DNA of 64,000 nucleotides from Chiloscyllium plagiosum (lineage: Eukaryota): positions 77,379,339 through 77,443,338 of the forward strand of contig NC_057719.1 of assembly GCF_004010195.1 (NCBI RefSeq). The letters run 5' to 3'. The translations under genes were made by a program, and so were the position numbers. Below the pieces are notes generated by a model. That model was not told the DNA's origin, ran no database searches, and was given only the letters and a program-made list of their open reading frames with translations. Every line of letters starts with the position of its first letter. Within the stretch, counting starts at the first letter, position 1. This document shows, piece after piece, positions 1 to 12,984 of the stretch.

Positions 1-340
1 ACAGAATCTAATACCCCTCAGCATTTGGACACCTGACAAGTTAGATTGGTTCATTTTGAAGAAAAATGTGTTTATATCCTCAATTTTTTTGTTTACAAAA
101 TAGTTCACACATATCTTTGAGACAGCCATGGGGTTCCTCTTAATTTGGGTGTAGTTTCATCAGTCATTCATTTATCACTACACAGATTTGGATAATGTCA
201 CTGTTCAGGCAGGAATCTTACCAGATGCCCAAACAGCAAATGGAATGCTAACACTGAGGTCTCTATCGCTGTGCCCAGCAGTTAAAGGAGAAATAGAACA
301 AGGTTATACACATCAGTCTCACATCAGCTGATCATTTTAT

Positions 341-1068
341 TCATGGGGAAGTCCAGAACTAGAGGGCATAGGTTTAGGATGATAGGGGAAAGATATAGAA
401 GTGACCTAAGGGGCAACTTTTTCACACAGAGGGTTGTATGTGTATGGAATGAGCTGCCAGAGGAAGTGGTGTAGGCTGGTACAATTGCAACATTTAAAAG
501 GCATCTGGATGGGTATATGAATAGGAAGGGTTTGGATGGATATGGGCCAGGTGCTGGCAGGTGGGACTAGATTAGGTTGGGATATCTGGTCGGCATGGAC
601 AAGTTGGACAGAAGGGTCTGTTTCCATGCAGTATATCTCTATGTCTTTATGTGTGGTGGGCAAGTTGTTGATTCCTGAGGCACAAGATTTACATGCATTT
701 GGAAAGGCAAGGACTGATGAGGGATAGTCAACATGGCTTTGTGCATGGGAAATTGTGTCTCACTAATATGAATGTTTTGAAGAAGTGACAAAGAGGATTG
801 ATGAGTACAGAGTATTGGGCGTGGTCTATACAGATCTTTGTAAGGCTATTGACAAGGTTCCAAATGGTAGACTGTTTAACAAGGTTAGATCACATGGAAT
901 ACAAGGACAGCGAGCAATCTGGATACAAAATTGGCTCATAGGCAGGAAATAGAGGATGGTAGTGGAGGGTTGCTTTTCAGACTGGAGGCCTGTGAGCAGC
1001 AGTATGCACAAGGATCAGTGCTGGGTCCATTGCTTTTTGTCATTTATTTCAATGATTTGGATGTGAAT
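341..1068 (+). mobile_element. CR1/HER1-type LINE fragments (3' end 341-643 followed by an RT-domain piece 650-1068), degenerate
   Basis: Typical CR1 3' end (tggaatgagctgccagaggaagtggt...ctctatg), then RT-like coding ([15 protein letters not shown]) with stops and frameshifts. Confidence 0.85.
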
Positions 1069-1897
1069 CTTTAAGGGGCCCTATTCTCTGCCTAGTTACT
1101 CCTTTATCTGTAACATATTTGTAGGATTTTCCTTAATCCTATTTGCCAAAACTATCTCATGTCCACTTTGTTCCCTCCTGATTTCCCTCTTAAGTATACC
1201 TTTACTGCCTTTATACTCTCCTAGGGATTTACATGATCTCTACTGTGTATACCTAACAAATGCTTCCTTCTTATTCTTGATCTAAACCTCAATTTCTCTA
1301 GTCATCCAGCATTCCCTACATGTCCCAGCCTTGCCCTTCATCCTAACAGGTACATACTGTCCCTGGACTCTTATTACCTCATTTTTGAAGGTTACCAATT
1401 TTCGAGCCATGCCTTTACCTGAAAACATCTGCCCCCAGTCAACCTTTGAAAGTTCTTGCTTAATATTGTCAAAATTGTCCTTTCTCCAATTTAGAACTTT
1501 AATTTTTAAATCTGGTCTATTCTTTTCCATCATTATTTTAAAATTGGCACCAAAGTGCTCCCTCACTGACAACTCAGTCACTTGCCCTGTCTTATTTCCC
1601 AAGCATAGGTCAAGTTTTGTACCTTCTCTAGTGCCTTCTCTACATCCACATACTGAATCAGAAAATTTTCTTGTACACATTTAAATTCCTCTCCATCCAA
1701 GCCCTTAACACTATAGCAGTCCCAGTCTACATTTGGAAAGTTAAAATGCCCTACCATTACAACCTAATTATTCTTACAGATAACTGAAATCTCTTTAGCA
1801 AATTCATTTCTCAATTTCCCACTGACCATTGGGGGGAAGGATAATACAATCCCAATAAGGTGATCATCTGTTTCTTATTTCTCAGTTCCAACCAAAT
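1069..1897 (-). mobile_element. CR1/HER1 LINE ORF2 fragment (endonuclease-to-RT linker)
   Basis: ORF 1282-1680(-) TKLDL..GN..GQV...V.EHFG...VLNWRK.NF..I.QELSKVDW; same family as 22835-23412(-). Confidence 0.85.
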
Positions 1898-2499
1898 ATG
1901 CTGCTTTCTTCATGTTTTCCTTTCCTTACGAGTACTTTATTGACAGGTTAACTCAAATACTGGCACTTAATCTGTGATCATGCCCATTGACCCAATCTCC
2001 ATTTCCATCAGGTACACGGGATTCTTACAAAATTCCTGTCCCAAGAGGGGAACTTGAAAAAAGATTATGTGCTCCCACAGTGTGGGCCTGAGCCTTCAAT
2101 ATGAGTCACACACAAGTGTCACTCCTGAACACTTTGGACCTTACTGATTCACAAACCCACAAGCATCATTTCTCATGCAAATATAATTGAAACTGCTGTA
2201 CTTGACTATTCTCAGCACTTAGGTCTGACCAGTCCATAGCAGTTCCTTTGATTTGGCAGAGGGTTGCAGTATAGATCCCACATGCAGGAAAACATGAGAT
2301 GCTGCCATTTCAATTCTAATCTAGCTTGCTGCTTCAACACTGCCTTCACTTCAAATTTACAACAGAAGTAATAGTGGGAAAGTCATGGAATTTCAGTTCA
2401 AATACTTTCCTGACTAATGGTTGTCATAGGCTGAGCAATTTTGTACGTTCTCTTTTTGCATCTGCTTCTGTTTGGTAATCTGGAGTTTGTGCTTTTTAA

Positions 2500-3706
2500 T
2501 GTGCCAAATCATCTACTGGTGCAACAGGTCTATTGCCAGATTCATTCTCCTGACCCTGCACTCATTCCTGGAACATCTGGATAACAAGAATACCTGCCAG
2601 GGCCCTACATTTACTACATTCTGCCTTCAACACCATAATTCCAAACAAATTCAACTCTAAATTCCTCAACCTTGGTCTTGGCTCCCCACTCTGTAACTGG
2701 ATCCTTGACTTCCTGACCCATAGACCATAATCACATGAGGATAGGTGACCTTCTCCACATAATCCTTAACACTGATGCCCTGCAAGGCTGTGTGCTTAGC
2801 CCCCTACTTTACTCCTTATACACTCATGACTTTGTGGCCAAATTCCCCCCCCAACTCCATTTACAAGTTTGCTGACAACACTACCATCGTAGGTTGGATC
2901 TCAAACAATGTTGAGACAACATTATGGCATGGTGTAAAGACAATAATCTCTCCATCAATGTCAGCAAAATGAAGGAGCTAGTCATTGACTTCATGCAACG
3001 AGACACGTCCCTGTCTGTATCAATAATGCTGAGGTAGAGATGTTTGGGAACGTCAATTTCCTGGGAGTGATGATCTCCACAATCTGCCTTGGTTCATCCA
3101 TGTTGACACTATGGTCAAGAAAGCACAACAATGTCTCTACTTCCTCAGGAGGCTAAGGAAATTTAGCATGTCCACAAAGACTTACAAACTTTTATAGATG
3201 CACCATAGAAAGCATCCTATCTGAATGCTTCACAGCGTGGTAGGGCAAATGCTGTTCCTAAGACTGCAAGAAACTACAGAGAGTTGTGAACACAGCCCAG
3301 ACCATCACATAAGCTAACTTTCCAACCATTGACTCCATCTATACTTCCCGCTGCCTTGGGTATGCAACCAACATAATCAAAGATCCTTCCCACACCAACT
3401 CTACTCTCTTCTATCCCCTTAGGTCAGGCAAAAGATGAACATTTGAATACACGTATGAACAAATTCAAGAACAACTTCTTCCCTGCTACTATCAGACTTT
3501 TGAATGAACTTCTCAAATATTAATTCTGATCTCTCTCTCTCTCTCTCTAGCTGTACCTTCTCTGTGGCTGTAACACTGTATTCTGCACTCTGTTTTGCTA
3601 CTCTTATGCTCTTTATGTGGGACTATCTGCCTCTATAGCATGCAAAACAACGCTTTTCACCGCATGTTCGTACATGTGATAAGAATAAATCAAACTCAAA
3701 CTCAAT
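2500..3706 (+). mobile_element. Rex1/Babar-like non-LTR retrotransposon, 5'-truncated and degenerate
   Basis: [26 protein letters not shown] and SIYKFADNTTIVG motifs; 3' tail aataaatcaaactcaaactcaa. Confidence 0.8.
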
Positions 3707-5629
3707 ACTTTTAGACTTATGCATTGGAACCCCTAATTCCCTCTTTTCCTCTCAAATATTTACCACTTATTTTTGTAATACAGGACTTTTAAGTCTACGG
3801 CATTTTTGCATAGATGGAATTTGCCTCCATTTCCCTTACCTTGACTGCATGACATTGGGAGAGAAGAGCCATCAGTAAATATTCAGTAAGTAGAGGATCA
3901 GATCTGAATGACATACATACTGTTCCCTTTCATACAGTTAGCAACATTAAATTGGTGATTAGAGTCGGAACCAGAATGTCACTTGGACTTTGTAAATGAA
4001 GAGTGAAGGCAAATTTCCCCCTGTAGCTCATGTCTGATTTTCCAAAATTAGTGCATTTTGGAATGAGAGGAGGCCATTCAACTATTTGTGCCAGCTCCAC
4101 AATTCAATTACATCAGGGTTGATTGGTAACTTAATATGTATCTTCCTTTGCTGTATACATCTTACCACCCCTACCCAACAAAAATAATTGATCCTTTTGA
4201 AAGCTCCTAGCACCCACTGTCTTTTTGTGAAGGGAGTTAGAAATTCTCCTTCACGTGAATAAGTACTACCTGCATTTCACCTTGCAAAACCTGACTCTTT
4301 TTCAGATTATGTCCATTCACTCTTGACATCCCTCGAAGATGATATGGTTTGTTCATGTCGAGAAAACACTGGGCTAAGGGAGAAACATATCTCGTCCCTT
4401 GTCAGCTTAAATGAATAGAGATCAATGAAATGTTTTTTTTAACCAAATTTTCAGTGTTTTGATATCAATCTGCAAATCATCTTGCGTTGTTAGCCATGAC
4501 ATTGCAGTCTGAAGAACACTTTCTTTTAATGCAATGAGTTTTAGGATTTGGATTTGCTGCTTGATAAGGTGGCAAATACAGATTCAATAGCTATTTTCAA
4601 AAGGGGTTTGGAGAATAGTTTTTTTCATTATACTCTCATGAAAGTGCTTTGCGTTTGAATACGAACTCAGGTCAGACTTCTTTGTCACTGTTAAACCATG
4701 ATTATGGGATAATGTACGATAATGCTAATGGTAAGGCTATAGAGCAAAAAAAAAACTCACCTTTATTACAGAGTACTAACCCATGACTGCTAAGATTACA
4801 AAGACATCATAGTTTATCACAGAAGTTCATCTACGTATTTATTAAATTATTGCTCCACAATAAGTATTAGAAATATGGATAAAGAGTGGGTAGTGGGAGT
4901 ATTGGAAATGAGACTTTCTGCTATTAATGTACCATTCGTCTTCATCTATGCCACTTCTCTATTACCGTTATCACTCCCTTTCAATTTGTCATGGGACTTG
5001 CCCATCTTTTCCACTTTTGCCTCTCCAGCACTTTATAGTTTTACTTGAGATCTCCAGCATCTGCACTGCTTTATTTTTAAATTAGGGGAGCAGATTAACT
5101 GGATTGTTCTTCAAATGAGGTTGTCTGTACTTGATGGTCTAAATGGTCCCTTTTTGTGCTGTACAATTTTACGTTTCTGTCATTCTGCATTATGAAATCC
5201 ATTTAACGTTAAACATCTCCATTTGATCATGCCTCAAATCTTCTCTATTCAAGGAACACAATCAAAATTTATGCAACCTTTCCTCATAATTTAATTCTCT
5301 AAGTACTTCAGGCACAGATCCACAAAAAGCTCCCATTAAATTTAATTTGCCATCTGTCTCACAAATATATGTCTTTGTTCTCCTGAAGTTGCAGAAAGTT
5401 CTTTTCATAGTTAACCACATTCCACATTTTAATGCCATTGTCAGATTTATGCCCGTTGTACTTGAATGTGGATTATTTAAGCGCATCAAGAAAATTGTTG
5501 GCACTGACCCATGGAAAAAAGGTCAAAAATGGTCCATTAACTGCTGCCTATTTGCAAACACTTCCAGTTGTAATTTATATCATGAATGTGTTCCCTGTTG
5601 TATATGTGTCATAAGGTAAGAAAGAAAAT

Positions 5630-6386
5630 TCTGTTTCTACTGCACCTTTCAAGAGTTCAGTGGGTATGAAAACACTTTATAGTCAATGATGTGGTGTTTA
5701 CAAGGGAGTCCCTGATGTAATGTAGCAAATATATTGTCAAGGTGCACACAGCAAACTTCCATAAATAGGAACATGATGATGGACAGATAGTCCAAATTAG
5801 TGATGTAGGTGGAGGAATAACTATTGGCTAGGACATCAAGGAAAACTCCCCTAGCCATCGTCAAAATCGTACAAGACATTTACATCTGTGGATTTTTGGT
5901 ACAGAAGGATGTGCCCCCATTTCCCTGTCCTTGACTGTGTGACATTGGGAGAGGAACGACCATCAATGAACCTTTAAGAGGAAGGGGTCAGATCTGAATG
6001 CGATGTAGTTTATTACATGATAGCTATCAGATGCAAGTCACATTAGCACTTTAGACATTGTTACTATGATCATGAGAGACCTGGATGACAAATCTGTCCC
6101 CTTTGAGATCCAGAGCTGTTGTGTTTTGATTTCCCTATTAAATAATGTATGATTTCATCAGGTTGGATGGAGTTAAATGCAATTTCCAACATTATCTGTC
6201 TCAGAATCATTATCTTATATATTACCCGACTTAGAGTCTGGAATTGACCATTTAGTTAACCATTGTATCTCTGAGAGTGCAGCATTCTCTCAATCAGCCA
6301 ATGATTTGATACTCATGATAGAAACTTGAACCCATGATCTTGTAACTCTGAGATGAGAGATTGACCAACTCAGCCACAGCTGACAC
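5630..6386 (-). mobile_element. DeuSINE/SacSINE-like tRNA-derived SINE, interrupted (Deu domain about 5630-5888, head about 6270-6386)
   Basis: Minus strand reads gtgtcagctgtggctgagttgg...gggttcaagt (A/B-box-like); 5680-5880 resembles the reverse complement of the Deu domain as I recall it (ttggctaggacatcaaggaaaactcccct). Confidence 0.6.
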
Positions 6387-7884
6387 TCTAGAATAATGTG
6401 GAGGCTTGGCATAAGCATGGAATGGGATGATAAGCAACAGTCTGGTATGCCAGAGTTGGTGGTCAGTGGTCTCACTTGGCATCTCCAACAGACCTGTTAC
6501 ACTGCTGTGCTTTGCAACAAATCAAGGTTGTGCTGCACTTCTGGTTTATGTTTCACAAAGCAGCAGTTTCACTTTGTCAGCCGTTGTATCAAGAATTTAG
6601 CTGCGCAATGCCATTGCTCAGTAATTTGTTTTACCATCCACTGCTGTTTTTTCTTGCCAATCTCTTTGCCTTTTGGAAAGACCAAAACCCAATTTTGTAG
6701 CCACTGCAGCCACTTCCGTTCAGTCAGTCACATTTCCTTTTCTCAATCTGACCTGTTGTTCTTTATGATGCCATAGACAGGGCAGGGGACATGCACAGTA
6801 CTCCCACCCAATGTCTGACCCACTATCTATTGCCTCCCCTATCAGCTGCCTTCTGAATCATTCAATTTTCAAGCTTCCATGGGACCTTCGGGTTGTCTTT
6901 CAGCCTACATTTTGCCATTAATACATTACTGACTCTGGGGACATAATGTAATTGTGTGTCCCCCTGCCACCAGCATCACTAGGCATGTCTGCTATAGCAG
7001 CAACACGACCCAATTCAGGTGGGATCCAGGCTGTAAGCCTGTGAGTTTGTTTGATTGTGGCTTGGCTTCAATTTCTCATTTACAGCTTGAAGATAGTCAA
7101 CAAATTATTGAAAGATTAATCCAGATTGTGAAATTATTCCTCTCCTGAAATCCTAATAGTAATAACGTCAAATGCTTAACACTGCGGTTCCTAGTAGCTT
7201 TGCCTTTGCTTAATTCAGTTCAGCATTTGGTTTAATTTTTCCCTCCTGCCTTTCTTTCTTTGTGATTGCTACTCTTTCAGCAACAAGGTGCACATCATTT
7301 ATGTCTTTAATAGACTTTTCTATTTGCTCTGCAACCAAAACGTTTCCAAATAAAGCAATTATTGCTGAGAGGAGGCTTTGTTCAAATCTCATATCCATAG
7401 ATAGGTAGACTGAAGTTCACTTCTCAGTGCCTGTCAGATTGTTTATGTCCTTGTAGGGTGTAGTTAAAGACAGATACAATCCTTCCTTATATTATGCAAA
7501 TTGTAACCTTTTTCATTGTATGATTCTTGCCATCTGTTGTCTTAAGCATTTGAGTTGTGATGAAGGTAATCATTCCAATAAATTGTTGGAATGATCTGTT
7601 AACATTAGCAATGATTAGTGGGGGCTAGATGGCACATTATGTTAGAACACTGTCCTTCCCAGCCTAGGATGGAATTTAGCCCAGACTGATGATGTAGGAA
7701 TATCCTTTTCTTCTTATCCTGTGAAGAGTGTAAAGGTCATGCTTGTGTGGTCACATCCAGAACTGGGAGCTAAATCTCAACATTATTTTGGTTAACTTTG
7801 AGTTGGACAGGTTTTTTGGAGAGTGGCTTGTCATTAGGTCCAGCAAGTTTTCTTGTGTACCTTACCAAGTTCAATGTATTAATG

Positions 7885-8392
7885 TAGGTTTGCTGGCTGA
7901 ACTGGAAGGTTCATCTTCAGACATTTCGACACCATACTAGGTAACATCTTCAGTGAGCCTCCGGACGAAGCACAGCTGATGATTCCTGCTTTCTATTTAT
8001 ATGTTTGGGTTTCTTTGGGTGAGTAATGCCATTTCCTATGGTGATGTCATTTCCTGTTCTTTTTCTCAGGGGATGGTAAATGCGGTCCAAGTCAATGTAT
8101 TTGTTGATAGAGTTCTGGTTGGACCTGGATCCCATTTACCATCCCCTGAGAAAAAGAACCGGAAATGACCTCACCACAGGAAATGACATCATCACAGGAA
8201 ATGACATCACCAACCCAAAGAAACCCAAACATATAAATATAAAGCAGGAATCAGCAGCAGTGCTTTGTCTAGAGGCTCACTGAAGACGTTACCTAGAATG
8301 GTGACGAAACATCTGAAAATGAACCTTCCAGCTCAGCGAGCAAACCTACATCCAGTACCTTAACCCGAGCTACAAATCTTCTCAAAACTCGC
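7885..8392. mobile_element. Penelope-like element terminal repeats in inverted (fold-back) arrangement with 14-bp TSD
   Basis: About 7885-8081 is the reverse complement of about 8121-8350; flanked by tcaatgtattaatg at 7871-7884 and 8393-8406; hammerhead core in each arm. Confidence 0.8.
8276..8316 (+). ncRNA. Minimal type I hammerhead ribozyme motif (PLE-associated)
   Basis: CTGAAGA-C-GTTACC-tagaat-GGTGAC-GAAA-CATC; 3-bp stem I tca/tga; the ancestral ACGT palindrome is CpG-decayed. Mirror copy on the minus strand at 7920-7953. Confidence 0.65.
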
Positions 8393-8607
8393 TCAATGTA
8401 TTAATGACCTGCAGTGCCCCCATGGTATCTTTCAAACTCTGTTTTCCACCCATCTTATCATACACCATTCTTGTCACAACGTTCCACTCAGCGGATATCG
8501 ACTGAAAGATCAGCATCCCTTGTTCCTTCTTTAAAAGGCCACAGTGTACCTGGATAAACAAATGCATTCCAACGCTGCCCCTTTTCAGTCAGGGATGTGC
8601 TCACAAG

Positions 8608-9430
8608 ATGTCAGAGAAGGAGAAGATGATGCTGTGATTCTCTGACAGGGACCTATTCCCAGAGGACTGGCAGAGGACACAACACCACCAGACCTAGTCA
8701 GCCTGGTCCAACGCCGCCTGCAATATCCAGAGTGTGCAGGAAGGGATAGCATTGCCAGAAGGTTAGTGACCAGCTCAGTGTTCCTGGGTAAGAGCCACAC
8801 TCTTCTCTCAGCCATCTTACTTAAATCTAACCATAACCTTATTGTTGATGGTATGAACCCACTTCCCCACAGGGCTCGTACCCTCACTATTACATCCAAC
8901 ACCTTCATTTGCACAACGTTACCCCCTAAAATGTCCCACAACACTAGCTCTTCATGCTTCCTTGGTACACCTCATCACCACTTTCCCAAATACAGCAGCA
9001 CTAACAGTTGCATCAACCACATTGTCCTCTTTGCCCAGAAGCTGTACTTGTGCAGTGAAAGCTCTGACCATCTGGCTGCCTCCATGGAAAGGTTGACAGC
9101 TGACATGGTTGGCCAGGTCCAACACCCTCAGGTGCCGTTGAAGAAGTGAACGCACATACACTCCATCACCTGAACCATTCGTGAAGACATGACAACAGAA
9201 GGACTGGAAGCTTGACCATACTCTGAGGTGACCTGTCCTCACAAGGAGACAGGGTGGTTCCAGCAGTTACCCATCTGGAGGACAAACCACATCCCTCGCT
9301 CAGCAGTTTCCACTCAGGTCTCTGTAAGGGTGGCCAGGCCCTCCACCTCCACCCTTTCCTGAGTAGGAGGGATGTAACAGGGGCATAGGATTCGGGTGCA
9401 CTGTCCACTCAAAAGCTGCCAAAAAGTTTG
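8608..9430 (+). pseudogene. Harbinger/PIF Myb/SANT-like (ORF2) gene remnant
   Basis: MSEKEKMML*FSDRD/LFPEDWQRTQHHQT*SAWS..CQKVSD resembles the Myb/SANT trihelix domain; GT donor at 8788; downstream LAASMERL helical segment. Confidence 0.55.
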
Positions 9431-10329
9431 CAGTTAAGTTTGACTGTGCCAAAGGTGCAGTAGCTGCAGAGAGAAAGAGCTCTGCTTCATGTCCTCTGGT
9501 AATGTGAAACCAGACTCCTCCGTGTTCCTTGACAGTGACAGGAACTTATCTGGTGGGCCTGTATCCAGCATCAATCCATCAAGTTCCTTATCTGATAATC
9601 AATTAGCAGATTGTTCCTAAGCCTATTTTTATTGGTGGGTTGAGACATAAGACCAGCCTTTCCTGCTGAGCTAGTTGCAGCCCTTTCAAGCTCAGTATTT
9701 CACCAGTTGCTAACTCTATATTGGCATCAAGAGTACATGCAACATCTGAGCTGGAGGTTGCAAATGTCAGAGCCAGTGATGGAATCTTTCCTTTAGCGCC
9801 CTCATTAGGCCTCCCCATGCTTCCTGTGGCTGGGGGCGTGGCAGCCTACAGGTTTCGGAAAGCAGGGCATCAGAAGGAGAGAGTTGGGGTGAGGGAAAGG
9901 TTTGGGTGCCAAGTAGGATCAAGTCCACTGGACATGTGAGGCTGAGCTGAGAAGGGACACAAGGCTGGAAGATATCCTTAACATCAGTGTTCTCAGTGTG
10001 GACACAGACTGTGCTGCAGCCAACCCCTGATGCAAGGGGGTTGCTCTTGAGATACAGACCTCATTCTTCCCACACAGATGCTGCTCTGCTCCTTTCCACA
10101 GCGTCTTATAAAAGAGGCAGAAATAGATCAGCAATTGTGCAGCACTGTTTTTGGGTGATGTGCTTGCTGTAGATGAATGGCAAATGGCATGTGGAAACAA
10201 CAGGAGCTCAGTGTGATGTGTCTGCATTGGAATGTGTGTGACGGGTGAACTGGAATATTTGGATGTTAGATGTGAGTCCTGAGTGTTACTGGATGAGGGA
10301 TGGATTTGCTGCTTTGAGTAGCTCAAGTG

Positions 10330-11195
10330 GTTAACAAAGAGTTCAACAGATGGATTGATGCGCCAAGTAGTGGCAGATGGAGTTTAATCTAGATAAATGT
10401 GAGGTGCTACATTTTGGAAATTCAAAATGAGGCAGGACTTATACACTTAATGGTAAGGTCCTGGGGAATGTTGCTGAACAAAAAGAGCTTGGGATGGAGG
10501 TTCATAGTTCCTTGAAGGTGGTGTCGCAGGTTAACAGGATAGTGAAGAAGGCGTTTAGTATGCTTGCCTTTATTCATCAGTGCATTGAATATAAGAGTTG
10601 AGAGATCATGTTGCAGCTATATAGGTAATTTGTCAGGCCACTTTTGGAGTATTGCAATTCCGTTCTTCCTTTAGGAAATATGTTGTGAAACTTGAAAGGA
10701 TTCAGAGAAGATTTACAAGGATTTTAGGCAGAAGTGGGTACTGCAGATGTTGGAGATTAGAGTCAAGATTAGAGTAGTGCTGGAAAAGCACAGCAGGTCA
10801 GGCAGCATCTGAGGAGCAGGAAAATCGATGTTTCGAGTAAAAGTCCTTTATCAGGAATTCCTGATAAGAGGTTTATAAGAGGGAAATGAATAGGATGAGC
10901 AGATAAGATCTTTTCCCCAAAATTAGAGACAATAAGCTTAGGGTGAGAGGGGAAAGATTTAAAAGGGACCTAGAGGGCAATATTTTCACAGAGAGGGTGG
11001 AGCATGTATGGAATGAGTTGCCAGAGGACGTGATGGAAGCTGGTACAATTACAACATTTAAAAGGCATCTGGAAGGGTATATGAAAAGTAAAGGTTTGGA
11101 GAGATATGGGCAAGATGCCAGCAAACGGAACTAGATTAATTTCGGATATCTGGTCAGCATAGACAAGTTGGACCGAAGGGTCTTGATGACTCTAT
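10330..11195 (+). mobile_element. CR1/HER1 LINE 3' fragment
   Basis: WQMEFNLDKCEVLHFG and RVEHVWNELPEDVMEAGTITTFKRHL motifs; 3' tail atgactctatg. Confidence 0.9.
10722..10870 (-). mobile_element. Short PLE-derived tail element with degenerate hammerhead, inserted in CR1
   Basis: Same family as 17529-17808; minus strand 10827-10854 reads CTGATAA-A-GGAC-TTTT-ACTC-GAAA-CATC; start of an inverted arm at gaattcctgataag. Confidence 0.75.
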
Positions 11196-12179
11196 GGTTG
11201 GTAGTCTGGAGGGTGCATTCAAAGATGCTTTCACTGACTTTGACTCCACGTTAGGTAATTTTCATGACACTACTGCCAGGTTCTTGGCTCCATGCTCAGC
11301 ATTGACCTACCCATCCACCTGCCTCAAATCATTTCTGTGGGTAGATAATAGTTGTAGCATTTCCCCTTCCCACCACCATGGTGGAATCAAAACATCTCCC
11401 TCCATGTCCATCTCCTCTTTCAAATCTTCTATCTCTCTATTTGGGACCCTGAAGTCCTTTCATTGTCCTGGTGTTCCAGCTCCCTGGTTTTAGAATTGTT
11501 GCAGTAGCATTCAACAGCAAACTTCAGTAACTGAGTGCGATTTCGTGTTAAGAGGAACAGGTTGTATTTCAGAAGAGCAGACTGACTGCATCACAAACCA
11601 TTAGTGCAACGCCGTATGGTTCTTTGTTAAGTGCATCCAGCATCAGGCTGCTTGACCCAGCATAGCTGTCAAATACAAGCAGGTCACAAGTTGCACCCTC
11701 ACACTCAACAAAAGGGAATAACTGATGTTCAGAACTTAACTTTCATGGCATTTGGTGTACTCCATTTTATCGGGGACAGGGTTTTTGTTTCCCACCCCAG
11801 CATCCAAAGAGTCAGTTGGGAACACATCCTTGTCAATCTGCCCCACTGCCATGGAGTGGAGAGAAGTTTCCACCCCCTGACCCAGGTGCAAGTCCACCTT
11901 CAGACAGATATTGGTGAATCTGAGTAGCTGGCAGCTCCCAGTATTGACAGCAATAGCAAGGATTAGGACTACAAGTCGTTCCCAGATTCTAACTTCTAGA
12001 GTGCAGGACCAAGCAATTGGTGGCTGGGAGCGGAGGCCAAGCTTTGGAGAGTTTGGGTAGGACTGGTCTGGGAGGCGAGGGTTTAGGAAACCCATGGGCT
12101 ACCTGGTTGGCTGGGGATTTACCAGAACTGGATGTGGCCATTGAGGGAGGCACACACCCATTACAGGGAAGCTCCAACA

Positions 12180-12630
12180 ACAATCAAGAAGCTCAATATC
12201 ACCCAGGACAAAGCAATAGTTTGACTGGTTCCCCACCTACTACCTTCAATGTTCATTCTCTTCACCACTGACACACTATGCTGATAGCAATAAGATGCTC
12301 TGCATTGACTCATCCAGGCTCCTTCGACAGCACATTCCAAACCCATGACCTCTACCAACAGAAAAGGATAAGGGGCAATAGATACATGGTAACACCACCA
12401 GCAAGTTCATCGTGAAGTCATACCATCATGACAAATACCAATGTTCCTTCAGTGTTGCTGGGTAAAATGCTAGAAATCTCTCTTCAACGGCACTATAGGT
12501 GTCTCTTTATTCTGAGGACAATGGTGCTTCAAGAAGTGGATTTAGCACCACCTTGTGTAAGGCAATTACTTATGGGTAATAAATGCTGGCCCAATCAGTG
12601 ATGCCCATATTCCATAAATGAATAAAAACT
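12180..12630 (+). mobile_element. Old CR1/L2-clade LINE 3' end sharing its tail with a tRNA-SINE family
   Basis: cccaggacaaagca...caccaccttgtgtaaggcaatt...aataaatgctggccc...gatgcccatattccataaatgaataaaaa; homologous copies at 33990-34410(+) and 39635-40220(-). Confidence 0.65.
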
Positions 12631-12984
12631 AAGGTAAGAATTGACTACTAATAAAGAGTACTTGTACAAAACACAATGCCTCACTATTATAGTTATTAAA
12701 AGTCATTAAAATAACTTGGTACAGGGAACAGCGAATGCTTAGTTAAAATTAAAGATTTAAGATGTCACAGTTAAATTAGAAGAATGTAGTTTGGTAAACT
12801 TTGATCATTCACCTGGCACACGGAAGATTAAATCTCTTACAGCAAACTGTTAGAACTACAAAGTACTGCCACTGGCAGAAATCTTGAGTGAAAACAGAAA
12901 ATGCTGCAAGCATTGAACATGTCCAAAGTCCTTTATTGAGACGAAAAGGAAATGAATGTTTCAAGTCTGTGACCTTTTTTGAGA

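Larger units (their letters stand above)
9440..11950 (-). mobile_element. Probable second Harbinger Myb/SANT-gene remnant, interrupted by a CR1 insertion (10330-11195)
   Basis: Weak similarity: 11736-11900(-) ..DKDVFP..KCHES; 9603-9818(-) PSLALT.ATSSSDVACTL.A.IE; highly decayed. Confidence 0.3.

Noticed and set aside
6480..6790. RTE-clade LINE C-terminus (also 42360-42560, minus strand)
   Set aside because: Only faint similarity by eye; not supportable without a search
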